Origin: Omnitrophica WOR_2 bacterium GWF2_43_52 | GTDB taxonomy: Bacteria > Omnitrophota > Gorgyraeia > Gygaellales > UBA12090 | Length of the DNA stretch: 64,000 bases | Reading direction: 5' to 3' | NCBI GenBank assembly: GCA_001805445.1 | Contig: MHGF01000023.1 | Coordinates: 18,859 to 82,858 of the forward strand | Shown: positions 18,948-27,763 of the stretch, one piece after another | Numbering within the stretch: position 1 is the first letter of the stretch | Layout of the letters: each line of letters starts with the position of its first letter | Notes under the pieces: generated by a model | Database searches by the model: none | Told to the model about the DNA's origin: nothing | The model's input: the letters and a program-made list of their open reading frames with translations, nothing else | Translations under genes and position numbers: made by a program

Positions 18948-21398
18948 ATGGCATACTCTAAAAAAGACGAGGAAACACTGACGGTTGTTTTTTTTCTGTT
19001 TGTGATTTTTCTTATCTATAACTTCATTTTTGGAGTATCAGGTTTTTTTAAAATCCCTACCATAGTAACCGACGATTTTTTTGTCCTGGAAACCCGGGCT
19101 AAAAAACCTCTCCCTCGGGAAATCAAAGATATTATTATTGTCGCGGTTGATAACGATACCCTAAAACAAGTGGGCCTGCAGTGGCCGTGGAAACGTTCTG
19201 TCTATGCTGACCTGGTTGCGAAGATTCATTCGGGCGGCCCTAAGGCGATTTTTCTGGATTTTGCCTTTATGGGAAAGGCTAATGACGAGTCTTCGGATAT
19301 GATTTTTGCCGAGGCGCTTAAAAAAGCAGGCACGGTGATTTTGGCAGGCTATATTGATGAGCGAGGCGAATATGTGAAACCGCTTGAAATGCTTGCCGCT
19401 TTTTCCGCGGGTGTGGGGTTTGTCAATAAAAAGAATTTCAGGGCGCGCGACGCGCAGGAAGTCTTTCATAAGGATACTGTGTTTGAATATGGAGTGGAAG
19501 TAAAGATTTTAGCTCAGGCCCAAGGGATTCCCCGCTCAGCCATTCGTTACGACGCAAATAACATTGTGCTTTCTAAGAAAATAGCCATTCCGGTTAATGA
19601 GTATGGCGTGCTTCCCATCAATTACGCTGCCACGGTCTCAGACTTTACCACAGTTTCCGCGTATAAGGTTTTGGATTCCAGTATTGATAGGGAGGTATTT
19701 AAGGATAAAATAGTTATGGTTGGCATGACTGCGGATAGCGGACAGGATATTCACGATACCTTATTCGGTAAAATCCCCGGTATATACATTAACGCCAATA
19801 CCCTGCTTATGTTTATTTCGGGCAATTTTGTAAACAGGCTGCCCTATGCCTTTGAGAATAAGGAGCTACTTTTGAGTATTATGGGAGGAAGATTTAAGGA
19901 GGCCTTGCCGGGCCTGTTGAACGTGCTTATTTTGCTTTTGTTTACCTTTGGTATCGGTATGTTCGCGTTTCGTTTTAAGGCGTTGTATTCGGCGTTCTTT
20001 GTTTCAGTGGTTTTATATGGAGTGTCTTTAGGATATGGAGCTTTGCAAATCCGCCATAATTTTCGCATGGATATTTTTAGCCTTTTTTTTCTTAGCGGCA
20101 TCTCATTTATAGGGGTTGAGGCATATAAGTATATTAGTTTACTGATGCGTTCTGAAAAATTAAAAACCTCAGCGATTACCGAGCAGGCAACGGGTATTTT
20201 TACCCAACGCTACTTTCAGCTTTCTATGGAATCGGTTCTTATCAAAGGGGGAATACGGCAAAAAGGTTTTTTCTGTTTCATGAGTATTAATGAATTTTCT
20301 AAGATAACGGCATTATCTCCGCAGTCCGCCAGGGATATCATAAAAGCTCTCTCAGCCATACTGAAGGAATATTGCGGCAAAAAAATCATCCTTGCCCGTT
20401 ATGGGGAGAGCGCGCTTGTTGTGTGTCTGTGGCATAACGACAGAAAAAAAGTGGAAAAGGCATTACGCTTAGCAGTAAAAGAAATTGTCGAGCGTGATTT
20501 CATTGTTGAAAATAATGCCCTGAGGCTTTCCGTCAAAATAGCGGCGGTGGCTTTTCCTCAGGAGCATATAAGGAGTTACGCGGATGTAGTATTGACTTCT
20601 GAATCTATGTTACAACGTATGGGCTCTGACGCGCAGGTTCCTGTTGCCGTTTTTGACCCGAAGAGAGATACCGTCGTCAGGGCTAACGCTTCTTGTGATG
20701 CCGCGAAAATACTTCCTAAGGAGGAATTAGAGTACATAAGCATGGATTTGGAGGCGCGTAATAAAGAGCTGGAAGAAGCGCTCCGGGAGTTAAAGAAGCA
20801 GCAGAAAAAGATTGAAGAGACGTATTTTGAAACTATGCATTCCCTGGTCAAGGCCCTTGAAGAAAAGGATCCTTATACCTCAGGCCATTCGGAAAGGGTG
20901 AGCAGGTATGCCCAGACGCTGGCGAAAGGGTTGTTATTACCCGAGAAGGAAATAGACGCGGTCCAAAAAGCGGCATACCTGCACGATATAGGAAAAATCG
21001 GCCTTCCGGATAGAGTGCTGCACAAGAAGGAACGGCTCAATGATGAAGAGTTCGAATATATTAAGCGCCATCAGGCAGATGGGGCGAGAATATTGGAAGG
21101 CCTGCCCTTTTATAAAGAAATCGTGCCGTATATCCTGTATCATCACGAGCGCTACGACGGTAAAGGTTATCCCCACGGTTTATCCGGGGATATGATTCCC
21201 CGGGGGGCCCAGATTATCAGCATTGCCGATGCCTATGACGCGATGACCACCGGACGAGGGTATAATAATCCGCTCACCGCGCAAGAGGCAATCGCGGAAC
21301 TCAAAAAGTCGTTAGGCCAGCAGTTTCATCCACTCTACGCGGAAACCTTTATCAAGCTTCTGGAAGAGAAGAAGATTCACGCCTTTGATAAAGCCTAA
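18948..21398 (+). CDS. CHASE2 - TM - degenerate GGDEF - HD-GYP cyclic-dinucleotide phosphodiesterase
   Basis: IIIVAVD...WPWKRS (CHASE2), TM helices, ARYGESA (degenerate GGDEF), HSERV, LHDIGK, HHERYDGKGYP. Confidence 0.9.
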   Translation: MAYSKKDEETLTVVFFLFVIFLIYNFIFGVSGFFKIPTIVTDDFFVLETRAKKPLPREIKDIIIVAVDNDTLKQVGLQWPWKRSVYADLVAKIHSGGPKAIFLDFAFMGKANDESSDMIFAEALKKAGTVILAGYIDERGEYVKPLEMLAAFSAGVGFVNKKNFRARDAQEVFHKDTVFEYGVEVKILAQAQGIPRSAIRYDANNIVLSKKIAIPVNEYGVLPINYAATVSDFTTVSAYKVLDSSIDREVFKDKIVMVGMTADSGQDIHDTLFGKIPGIYINANTLLMFISGNFVNRLPYAFENKELLLSIMGGRFKEALPGLLNVLILLLFTFGIGMFAFRFKALYSAFFVSVVLYGVSLGYGALQIRHNFRMDIFSLFFLSGISFIGVEAYKYISLLMRSEKLKTSAITEQATGIFTQRYFQLSMESVLIKGGIRQKGFFCFMSINEFSKITALSPQSARDIIKALSAILKEYCGKKIILARYGESALVVCLWHNDRKKVEKALRLAVKEIVERDFIVENNALRLSVKIAAVAFPQEHIRSYADVVLTSESMLQRMGSDAQVPVAVFDPKRDTVVRANASCDAAKILPKEELEYISMDLEARNKELEEALRELKKQQKKIEETYFETMHSLVKALEEKDPYTSGHSERVSRYAQTLAKGLLLPEKEIDAVQKAAYLHDIGKIGLPDRVLHKKERLNDEEFEYIKRHQADGARILEGLPFYKEIVPYILYHHERYDGKGYPHGLSGDMIPRGAQIISIADAYDAMTTGRGYNNPLTAQEAIAELKKSLGQQFHPLYAETFIKLLEEKKIHAFDKA

Positions 21399-21457
21399 GC
21401 TTTTTTATGCCGGTTTCCTTTTAAAAGGTATTTTTTCAGTACTCTCTAAGAATTCCC

Positions 21458-21518
21458 TTGACAATACTGTGCTATAGTGTATAAAGTAATACTAAGCATA
21501 CTTAGTACATATTAGTAC
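21458..21518 (+). promoter_or_regulatory. Promoter plus repeated operator-like sites upstream of the pil operon
   Basis: TTGACA-16 nt-TATAAA; palindrome tactaag-cata-cttagta and direct repeats cata(c)ttagta. Confidence 0.55.
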
Positions 21519-21540
21519 GGACCAAGCAGGATGGCAGGGG

Positions 21541-21750
21541 ATGAAGGAAAAATTTTATTCGACAAAGGATGTGTTAAAGAGGGTTGCGATATCGCGCAAT
21601 ACCTTATTTTTGTGGTTTAAGCACCATAAAATCCCTGAGGCACGGCGCGACCGTAATGGCTACAGGATATTTACAAAAGAAGATATCAGCGCGATTTTGG
21701 CGTATAAGAATAAATTAGTGCTTCCAAAAAGGGCGTCATGGCAAAGATAA
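21541..21750 (+). CDS. Stand-alone MerR/BldC/Xis-like winged-HTH protein
   Basis: YSTKDVLKRVAISRNTLFLW...IPEARRDRNGYRIFTKEDI; 69 aa; overlaps the next gene. Confidence 0.85.
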   Translation: MKEKFYSTKDVLKRVAISRNTLFLWFKHHKIPEARRDRNGYRIFTKEDISAILAYKNKLVLPKRASWQR

Positions 21751-22349
21751 ATTTGCTTCCTTCCGAAAGAACAAGTGAAAAGAAAAGCAGAGGGCCCGCA
21801 TTGAGCGTGCGCACGGTGCTTTGGTTTTTGCTTGCCGCCAACATTATTGTTATCCTGGCATCTTTAGGGATAAGGGTTTTCGCGTGGCAGCGCTTAAAAG
21901 GCATGGGCATTATTGACAGTGAATATCAGCAGGCAAGCGCCGTAAGCAGAAAAATACAAACTATAAAGCAGGAACAAAATAAGCTGACACAGGAATTGGG
22001 GGCGTTAGAGAAACTCGCGCAAAGAAATGTTTTATGGAGCGAGGAATTATCCCGCCTGCCGCAGATTATGCCTGAGGAAGTATGGCTTACCAGTTTTTCT
22101 TTTAGGAGTAAATCCTTAAAAGGCCAAGAGGATAAGACCCTTTATTTAAAAGGCGGGCTCAGGCCGCCACCGGAAACAATACCTATGGTTGTATTGAGTA
22201 AGCTTATCAACCAGCTTAAAGAGGATCCGTTATTTTCCGCGGATTTTGATGCCCCCGTCTTAACGGAATCAAAGACCGAAAAAAGAGATATTACGGATAT
22301 CATGACCTTCGCGATAGAGATGTCTTATAAACAGGACACCGGTAAATGA
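21738..22349 (+). CDS. pilN: Type IV pilus assembly protein PilN-like
   Basis: INLLP motif, TM, coiled coil, 'MPEEVWLTSF'. Confidence 0.85.
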   Translation: MAKINLLPSERTSEKKSRGPALSVRTVLWFLLAANIIVILASLGIRVFAWQRLKGMGIIDSEYQQASAVSRKIQTIKQEQNKLTQELGALEKLAQRNVLWSEELSRLPQIMPEEVWLTSFSFRSKSLKGQEDKTLYLKGGLRPPPETIPMVVLSKLINQLKEDPLFSADFDAPVLTESKTEKRDITDIMTFAIEMSYKQDTGK

Positions 22350-22924
22350 ATAAAAAGCTTCTTGCCAGCCAACAGTCAATTTTTATAACAGTGATAATTT
22401 CCGCGGTGAGCCTGGTGGCAGTAGTGTATTTTGGCTTGTTTCCTTCTCTCGCGAATTTTCAGCAGATAGCCCAGCAGATAAAAGATAAAAAAACAGGGCT
22501 CATCGCGTTAAAAACACCGGCTGAAGAGTATGGGGCGCTGGAGGAAAAGGTAAAAACGCTGGGAGGGCGCAGAGAGGCCTTAAAAAATAAGCTTGTCTGG
22601 GAAAGCGATATCAGTAGTTTCTTAACGCGCATTATCCAGTTAGCTTCTGATTTAAAAATAGAGTTTGTTTCCCTAAGGCCGGAAGTAAAGTCATCGCCTT
22701 CAGAGAAAGTAAAAGGCCTGTCCGATGATTATATGTTGACAGAAGTCCCTATCGTGCTTATAATTAAAAGCAATTACGGGGATTTAATTCAATTCCTGGA
22801 ACGGATAGAGCAATCAGACAAATTTATTGGCGTAGAGTCGTTTTCCATAGATACGCAGCCACTTGATATCTCTACCCACAGTATTAGAATGGATTTGAGC
22901 ATATTTGCCAAGGAAAAGAGGTAG
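22346..22924 (+). CDS. pilO: Type IV pilus assembly protein PilO-like
   Basis: TM, coiled coil, 'EVPIVLIIKSNYGDLIQFLERIE'; follows pilN. Confidence 0.82.
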   Translation: MNKKLLASQQSIFITVIISAVSLVAVVYFGLFPSLANFQQIAQQIKDKKTGLIALKTPAEEYGALEEKVKTLGGRREALKNKLVWESDISSFLTRIIQLASDLKIEFVSLRPEVKSSPSEKVKGLSDDYMLTEVPIVLIIKSNYGDLIQFLERIEQSDKFIGVESFSIDTQPLDISTHSIRMDLSIFAKEKR

Positions 22925-22937
22925 GGGGGCGGAATCA

Positions 22938-23378
22938 ATGGGAAAGATACTTGCCGCTGTAACGATTGCCATGGCAGCCTATGGCATGTATGTAACCACG
23001 AGTGCCGCGGAACTTCGCGATCCATTTATATCCATTATGGATCTTGAGAAGAAACAAATTGTAGAACAAAAAACTATAGACTTATCCAATGTCGCTCTCA
23101 AGGGAATAATTTGGAATGATGCTTTAGCAGTCGCGGTTATTAACGAAGAATTGATAATGGCCGGAGATACCTGGCGGGATTTTAAGGTTGAGAAGATTGA
23201 AAAAGACAGTGTCCTATTAAGTATCGAAGGCAAAGAATATACACTTTCTCTTGGTGAGGGGGAGAGCCCCGACAAAACAGCGGCCTCGGTACCGCAAACC
23301 CATCAATTATCCCTGCCGGAAGAAGAGCCTTTCACGCAGGGGATCCCCCAGACTGAAGGAGGAAACGAGTGGAGATAA
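22938..23378 (+). CDS. PilP-like protein
   Basis: RDPF motif, LKGIIW...AVIN...GD...KVEKIEKDSV; lies between pilO and the secretin. Confidence 0.7.
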   Translation: MGKILAAVTIAMAAYGMYVTTSAAELRDPFISIMDLEKKQIVEQKTIDLSNVALKGIIWNDALAVAVINEELIMAGDTWRDFKVEKIEKDSVLLSIEGKEYTLSLGEGESPDKTAASVPQTHQLSLPEEEPFTQGIPQTEGGNEWR

Positions 23379-24862
23379 ACGCTAGAAATAAACTGAAGGC
23401 AAAAAGCCTCAGGATTATTTTTTTCTTATCTGTTTTGCTTTGCATGGCTCCGCTATACGCGCAAGAAGTTCCTGCAACCGAGGAGCCCCAGCAGAAGGAG
23501 CAGGAAAGATTCCTTGTGGATTTTGATTTTCGTGATGCCGATATACGCGATGTGGCCAGGGCTTTTTCCCGTATCAGTAAAACCAACATCATTGTCAGCG
23601 ATGACGTAAAAGCCAATGTTACCATGAAGGTCCAAACTATGGATTGGAAAGAGGCGCTGACGATGATCTTGGGCGCCTACAATATCACCCTGATGGAAAA
23701 AGACAGCTATATTATTATCACGACGGCAGAAAGGCGTAAGCAGGCCGAGGAAAGCGGTGAGCTGCAGACTCGTGTCGTAAGCCTTAATTTTGTTAATGTT
23801 GTTGATACCCAAAAGACTTTGCTTTCTATGTTAAGCAGCAGGGGTAGAATAGAAATAGACGCGCGGACAAACAGCCTGGTCATTACCGATATCCCCGAAA
23901 AAGCGGATAAAATTCACAATGTGGCTTTGGAATTGGACACAAAAACTCCGCAGGTAATGATTGAGGCCTTGATAGTGACCGTGAAACTTAATGATGACGA
24001 ACAGTTTGGAATTGACTGGTTGCTCAAGCCTGTTGAAACAAATGAATGGAATTTCCGCCAGGATTTAGCATTGGATAGAACAACGGGTTTTCAGGCAGGC
24101 TGGGCTAAAACGGTTCTCCCTACATGGGCTGACCTTTCAACGCTCATTGAATACTGGAAGGAGCAGAAAAGGGTGAATATCCTTGCCAGCCCTCGGGTAA
24201 TGACCTTGGATAATTTTACCGCTACCATAGACCTTACCGAACAAGTCCCCTATACCTCGCAAAGCCAGTCTACCAGCGGCAGCGGAGAAACGGTGCAGTC
24301 AACGCAATTTAAGGATATCCCGATCAGCCTTTATGTCAAACCTCATATCACCAAGGATAACTACATTTTTATGAATATCAAAACAGAGCAAAGTATTCAT
24401 AGCGGCGATACCTCTGATTTTCAGCCTATTGTTGATTCACGCAAAGCGGAAACCAATGTCATGGTCAGAGACGGAGAAACCGTAGTTATCGGTGGCTTAC
24501 GAAAGAAAGAGCATACGACGACCGTTGATAAGCTGCCCTTTATCAGCGATATTCCTTACGTAGGGAATTTATTTAAAAAAACTATAACCGCGGAGGTGGA
24601 TACGGAACTTCTTATTTTTGTTACTCCGCGCATTGTTACTGAAGCAATGATGACCGAGCATGAGAAAGCGCAGTTGGCAGCCTCAAGCGTATTGAAAGAA
24701 TATGACGAAAAAGGCCTCAACGAGAAAGGCAAGAGCCTAAAACAGAATAGGGTAAAGGAAATTCCAAAGCCTCAAGAGCAAATAAAAACAGCGGGGGATG
24801 TCCCGGGGTTATTTGGGCAGGGTGTTCCTTTTCCTTTGAGGCCGCCTTCAGAATTGAAATAG
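23369..24862 (+). CDS. pilQ: Type IV pilus secretin PilQ
   Basis: DFRDADIRDV, DARTNSLVITD, PQVMIEA, GETVVIGGL, IPYVGNLFK, ELLIFVTPRIV. Confidence 0.92.
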   Translation: MEINARNKLKAKSLRIIFFLSVLLCMAPLYAQEVPATEEPQQKEQERFLVDFDFRDADIRDVARAFSRISKTNIIVSDDVKANVTMKVQTMDWKEALTMILGAYNITLMEKDSYIIITTAERRKQAEESGELQTRVVSLNFVNVVDTQKTLLSMLSSRGRIEIDARTNSLVITDIPEKADKIHNVALELDTKTPQVMIEALIVTVKLNDDEQFGIDWLLKPVETNEWNFRQDLALDRTTGFQAGWAKTVLPTWADLSTLIEYWKEQKRVNILASPRVMTLDNFTATIDLTEQVPYTSQSQSTSGSGETVQSTQFKDIPISLYVKPHITKDNYIFMNIKTEQSIHSGDTSDFQPIVDSRKAETNVMVRDGETVVIGGLRKKEHTTTVDKLPFISDIPYVGNLFKKTITAEVDTELLIFVTPRIVTEAMMTEHEKAQLAASSVLKEYDEKGLNEKGKSLKQNRVKEIPKPQEQIKTAGDVPGLFGQGVPFPLRPPSELK

Positions 24863-24879
24863 AAGGGAGAAAAATTTCT

Positions 24880-26055
24880 ATGGCATGGTGGAAAAATGTT
24901 TTTACAGCTTTTGTTTGTGTAAGCGTACCTTTCTTGGCCTTAACGTTATGTAATGCCCAAGATGACGCAACTCTACAGGAAAGCGACGATACCTTGTCTA
25001 TCTTTGAATCGCGAATCAACGCGCTTATTGAAGAAAATATAATGTTAAAGAAGAAGTTAAAGGATTTTGACAGCGGGCTTTCTTCTGTCCAGCGAGGGGC
25101 TTTTTCAGGCGCGGACACGAAGAGCCAAAAGTTGCAAGAAGAAAATCAATCCTTATCAGGGGAATTAGAGAAAAAAGACAAAGAAATTGTCGCGCTGCAA
25201 AAGCAGTTGGCAAACCTTAAAGAAAGCAATCAGGATGCTGAGCCAGCCTCAAAGAGCAAGCTGAAATCTTTAGAAGCAGAAGTGCAGTCTCTGCGCGCGC
25301 AACGAGATGAAAGCAGTAAAGAGAACGCCAGCCTCCGTGGCCAGCTGGAGAAGGCAAAAGATGAAATAGCGGTGGTTGCTGATTTACAAAGTAAACTTAA
25401 GTCTTTGGAAGATGCGGCGCAGTCACTGCGTACAGAGATAGAGGAAAGCAGCAAAGAGAAGAGCGAGCTCCGCGGCCAGATGGAGAAGGCAAAGGGTGAA
25501 ATAGCCGCAGCCGCTAGTGTTTCTGAGGCGTTTAATAAGCTTCAAGAAGAAAACAAAGAATTGCGGGAAAATGTTGCCGCGTTGCAAGAGGCAAATAGCG
25601 CCCAGGCCTTAGAAAGGACCATGTTAGAAGCGATGTTACGCAGGCATCCTCAAGGCCTAAAGCCGCCGCAACCTGCGGGCCCGGATGAAGGTAATTTTGA
25701 CGTGATGATACATACGAATTTAGGATTCGCTTATGCCATGAAGGAAAATATTGATGAGGCTGTCCGAGAATATCAGCAAGCGCTGAGCGCTAACCCTGAA
25801 GATAAGGATATCCATTATAATTTAGGATATCTTCTCAATAAGCAAAATAATTATTCAGAAGCAATTAAAGAGTATTCTCAAGCGCTTAAAGGCACGCCTC
25901 AGGATCAGGAAATATATTATAATGTCGCGCTTATCTACGCGCTTGGCCTTAAAGATGTAAAGACGGCTGAGGAATACCACCAGAAATTTTTGAGCCTTGC
26001 TTCTCCCGATTCCGGTTCTTCATCTCCCGTAGAGGAAGCCGGGAAGGCAAAATAA
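24880..26055 (+). CDS. Exported coiled-coil protein with C-terminal TPRs
   Basis: Signal peptide, long heptad region with a 45-aa internal repeat, HTNLG/HYNLG/YYNVA TPR starts. Confidence 0.85.
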   Translation: MAWWKNVFTAFVCVSVPFLALTLCNAQDDATLQESDDTLSIFESRINALIEENIMLKKKLKDFDSGLSSVQRGAFSGADTKSQKLQEENQSLSGELEKKDKEIVALQKQLANLKESNQDAEPASKSKLKSLEAEVQSLRAQRDESSKENASLRGQLEKAKDEIAVVADLQSKLKSLEDAAQSLRTEIEESSKEKSELRGQMEKAKGEIAAAASVSEAFNKLQEENKELRENVAALQEANSAQALERTMLEAMLRRHPQGLKPPQPAGPDEGNFDVMIHTNLGFAYAMKENIDEAVREYQQALSANPEDKDIHYNLGYLLNKQNNYSEAIKEYSQALKGTPQDQEIYYNVALIYALGLKDVKTAEEYHQKFLSLASPDSGSSSPVEEAGKAK

Positions 26056-26058
26056 ACA

Positions 26059-27087
26059 ATGCAAGGTGAAAATCCTCTGAGAGCTATCTTTCATCAGCCT
26101 TCCTGCCGCAGCGGGTTAGATATAGGAAATTACAGCGTTAAGTTCGTTACCATCAAAAAAGCGCCTCTGCGCAAAAAAAGCCTTCTTTCTTTTTCTGCCG
26201 TAACACTTGCCAAGAATGCCTCAGGCCAGAATATACAAGACGCCATCGTACAGGCATCGCAGGGCATGCCTCCGGAGTCAAAAAAAATAAAATTGTCTAT
26301 TTCTGGCCCAAATATCATTGCCCGGTATATCCTTTTGCCGGCGATGAAGGAGTCTGATTTAGCGAAAGCGCTAGAGTTCGAGTTGGAAAAATACATCCCC
26401 TATAAAAAGGAAGAGGCGATTATTAATTATTATATATTAACCCGCCTGCCTAATAACCAGATGGTCGTGTTGTTTGTTGCCGCGGAGCGTAAGGTTGTGC
26501 AGGAACGGATTGATTTGGTTAAAGGCGCTGGCTTGGAGCCGCAGCTTATTACTATCGATGCCCTTGCTTTATGCGAGATTTTTAAAGCTTTGGTCCCAAA
26601 ATATAAAGGGGTGGCAGTTATTTTAGATATCGGATACCGCTTGACCAAGTTGGTAGTCTTAGAAAATAATATCCCCTTTTTCTCCCGGGATATAGAAATC
26701 GGAGAATATGACATTATTCAAATGATTGCCGACAGGATGAATATCTCCTATGTAACAGCAAAAGAACAGGCCTGCGGCGCAGATGAGCATAAGGTGAAGG
26801 AGTTAGCCGAGGCAGCAAAAACCGAGTTGCATACTTTATTGAATGAAATTTCGTTATCTTTTGAATATTGCGAAAGAAATCTGGAAAAAAAGGTGCAGCA
26901 AATCTTCTTATGCGGCGGAGGCTCAAGAATAAAAATCTTATCAGGCTTCTTAGAAGGAATTCCTGATGTTAAAATAAGCTTTCTTGACCTTGCGCAAGGA
27001 TTTAGCGTAGTTTCAGCAGCCAGTTCTCAGGAAATTCATGATTCTGCCTCTTTTCTCTGTGTGGGGGCAGGCTTAGCGCTTAGTTAG
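26059..27087 (+). CDS. pilM: Type IV pilus assembly protein PilM
   Basis: GLDIGNYSVK, KYIPY, ILDIG, FLCGGGS, GAGLAL. Confidence 0.9.
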   Translation: MQGENPLRAIFHQPSCRSGLDIGNYSVKFVTIKKAPLRKKSLLSFSAVTLAKNASGQNIQDAIVQASQGMPPESKKIKLSISGPNIIARYILLPAMKESDLAKALEFELEKYIPYKKEEAIINYYILTRLPNNQMVVLFVAAERKVVQERIDLVKGAGLEPQLITIDALALCEIFKALVPKYKGVAVILDIGYRLTKLVVLENNIPFFSRDIEIGEYDIIQMIADRMNISYVTAKEQACGADEHKVKELAEAAKTELHTLLNEISLSFEYCERNLEKKVQQIFLCGGGSRIKILSGFLEGIPDVKISFLDLAQGFSVVSAASSQEIHDSASFLCVGAGLALS

Positions 27088-27349
27088 TGAGCACTGAAAA
27101 GTGGTAACTAATTAGCGGACGTATCAAGCAACCGCGGCCTTAATTTTTAAGACAGTAACAAGAATATCTTCCTTTCTATCATTTTCTTCTTTTCCTATCC
27201 AAAAATGCAGCGCATTGTTTAACCACAGAATAGTCATTCTCTGTAAAATGAGGGATAATACCATTTGATTTTTATCTATTTTGGTGCTATATATATATTT
27301 GTTTTATCAGCCTGCAAGAAGCGAGCTTTAACGCTTCTTACGCGGTAAA

Positions 27350-27737
27350 CTTTGGTTCATTCGTAAATAATGTGGAGCACTTAGCGTAACTGTTTGATAA
27401 TAAAGGGGAATTGCTAAAATCACTAGCAATAGCGAAACTAATAGTTTTTGCAGCGAATGGTTCGACTACGCTCACCATTCGTACTGAGCAAAGTCGAAGT
27501 ACGAATGATGATTTTAGGCAAAAAGTCCGAATAGTTTCGGGAATCCCGATGCTCTCTAAGTATCATCGGAGCAATATCGGGACGACGAGGATGTGTGAGC
27601 CCCGACGAGTCCGGCGGGGCGAGTTCCGCAGTCGCCGAAACTATGAGAGGCTTTTTGACGTGAAAAAATCGTCCTGAGCGAAAAAATTATTAGTTTTGCA
27701 AACCACTACATCCACAAAATTCACGAAAGAACCTAAA
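27350..27737. mobile_element. ~390-bp MITE-like palindromic element with nested REP-like hairpins
   Basis: Ends tttggttcattcgtaaataatgtgga / tccacaaaattcacgaaagaacctaaa; inner arms aaactaata/tattagttt, atagtttcgg/ccgaaactat; REP-like ttcgact..gctca/tgagc..agtcgaa. Confidence 0.65.
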
Positions 27738-27763
27738 CTTTTAACAGGATTATACTGTTAGCA

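Noticed and set aside
27123-27263. 46-aa minus-strand ORF after pilM
   Set aside because: No RBS or recognisable motif; AT-rich spacer next to repeat elements
27411-27677. 88-aa ORF
   Set aside because: Lies wholly inside a palindromic MITE-like element; no recognisable motifs
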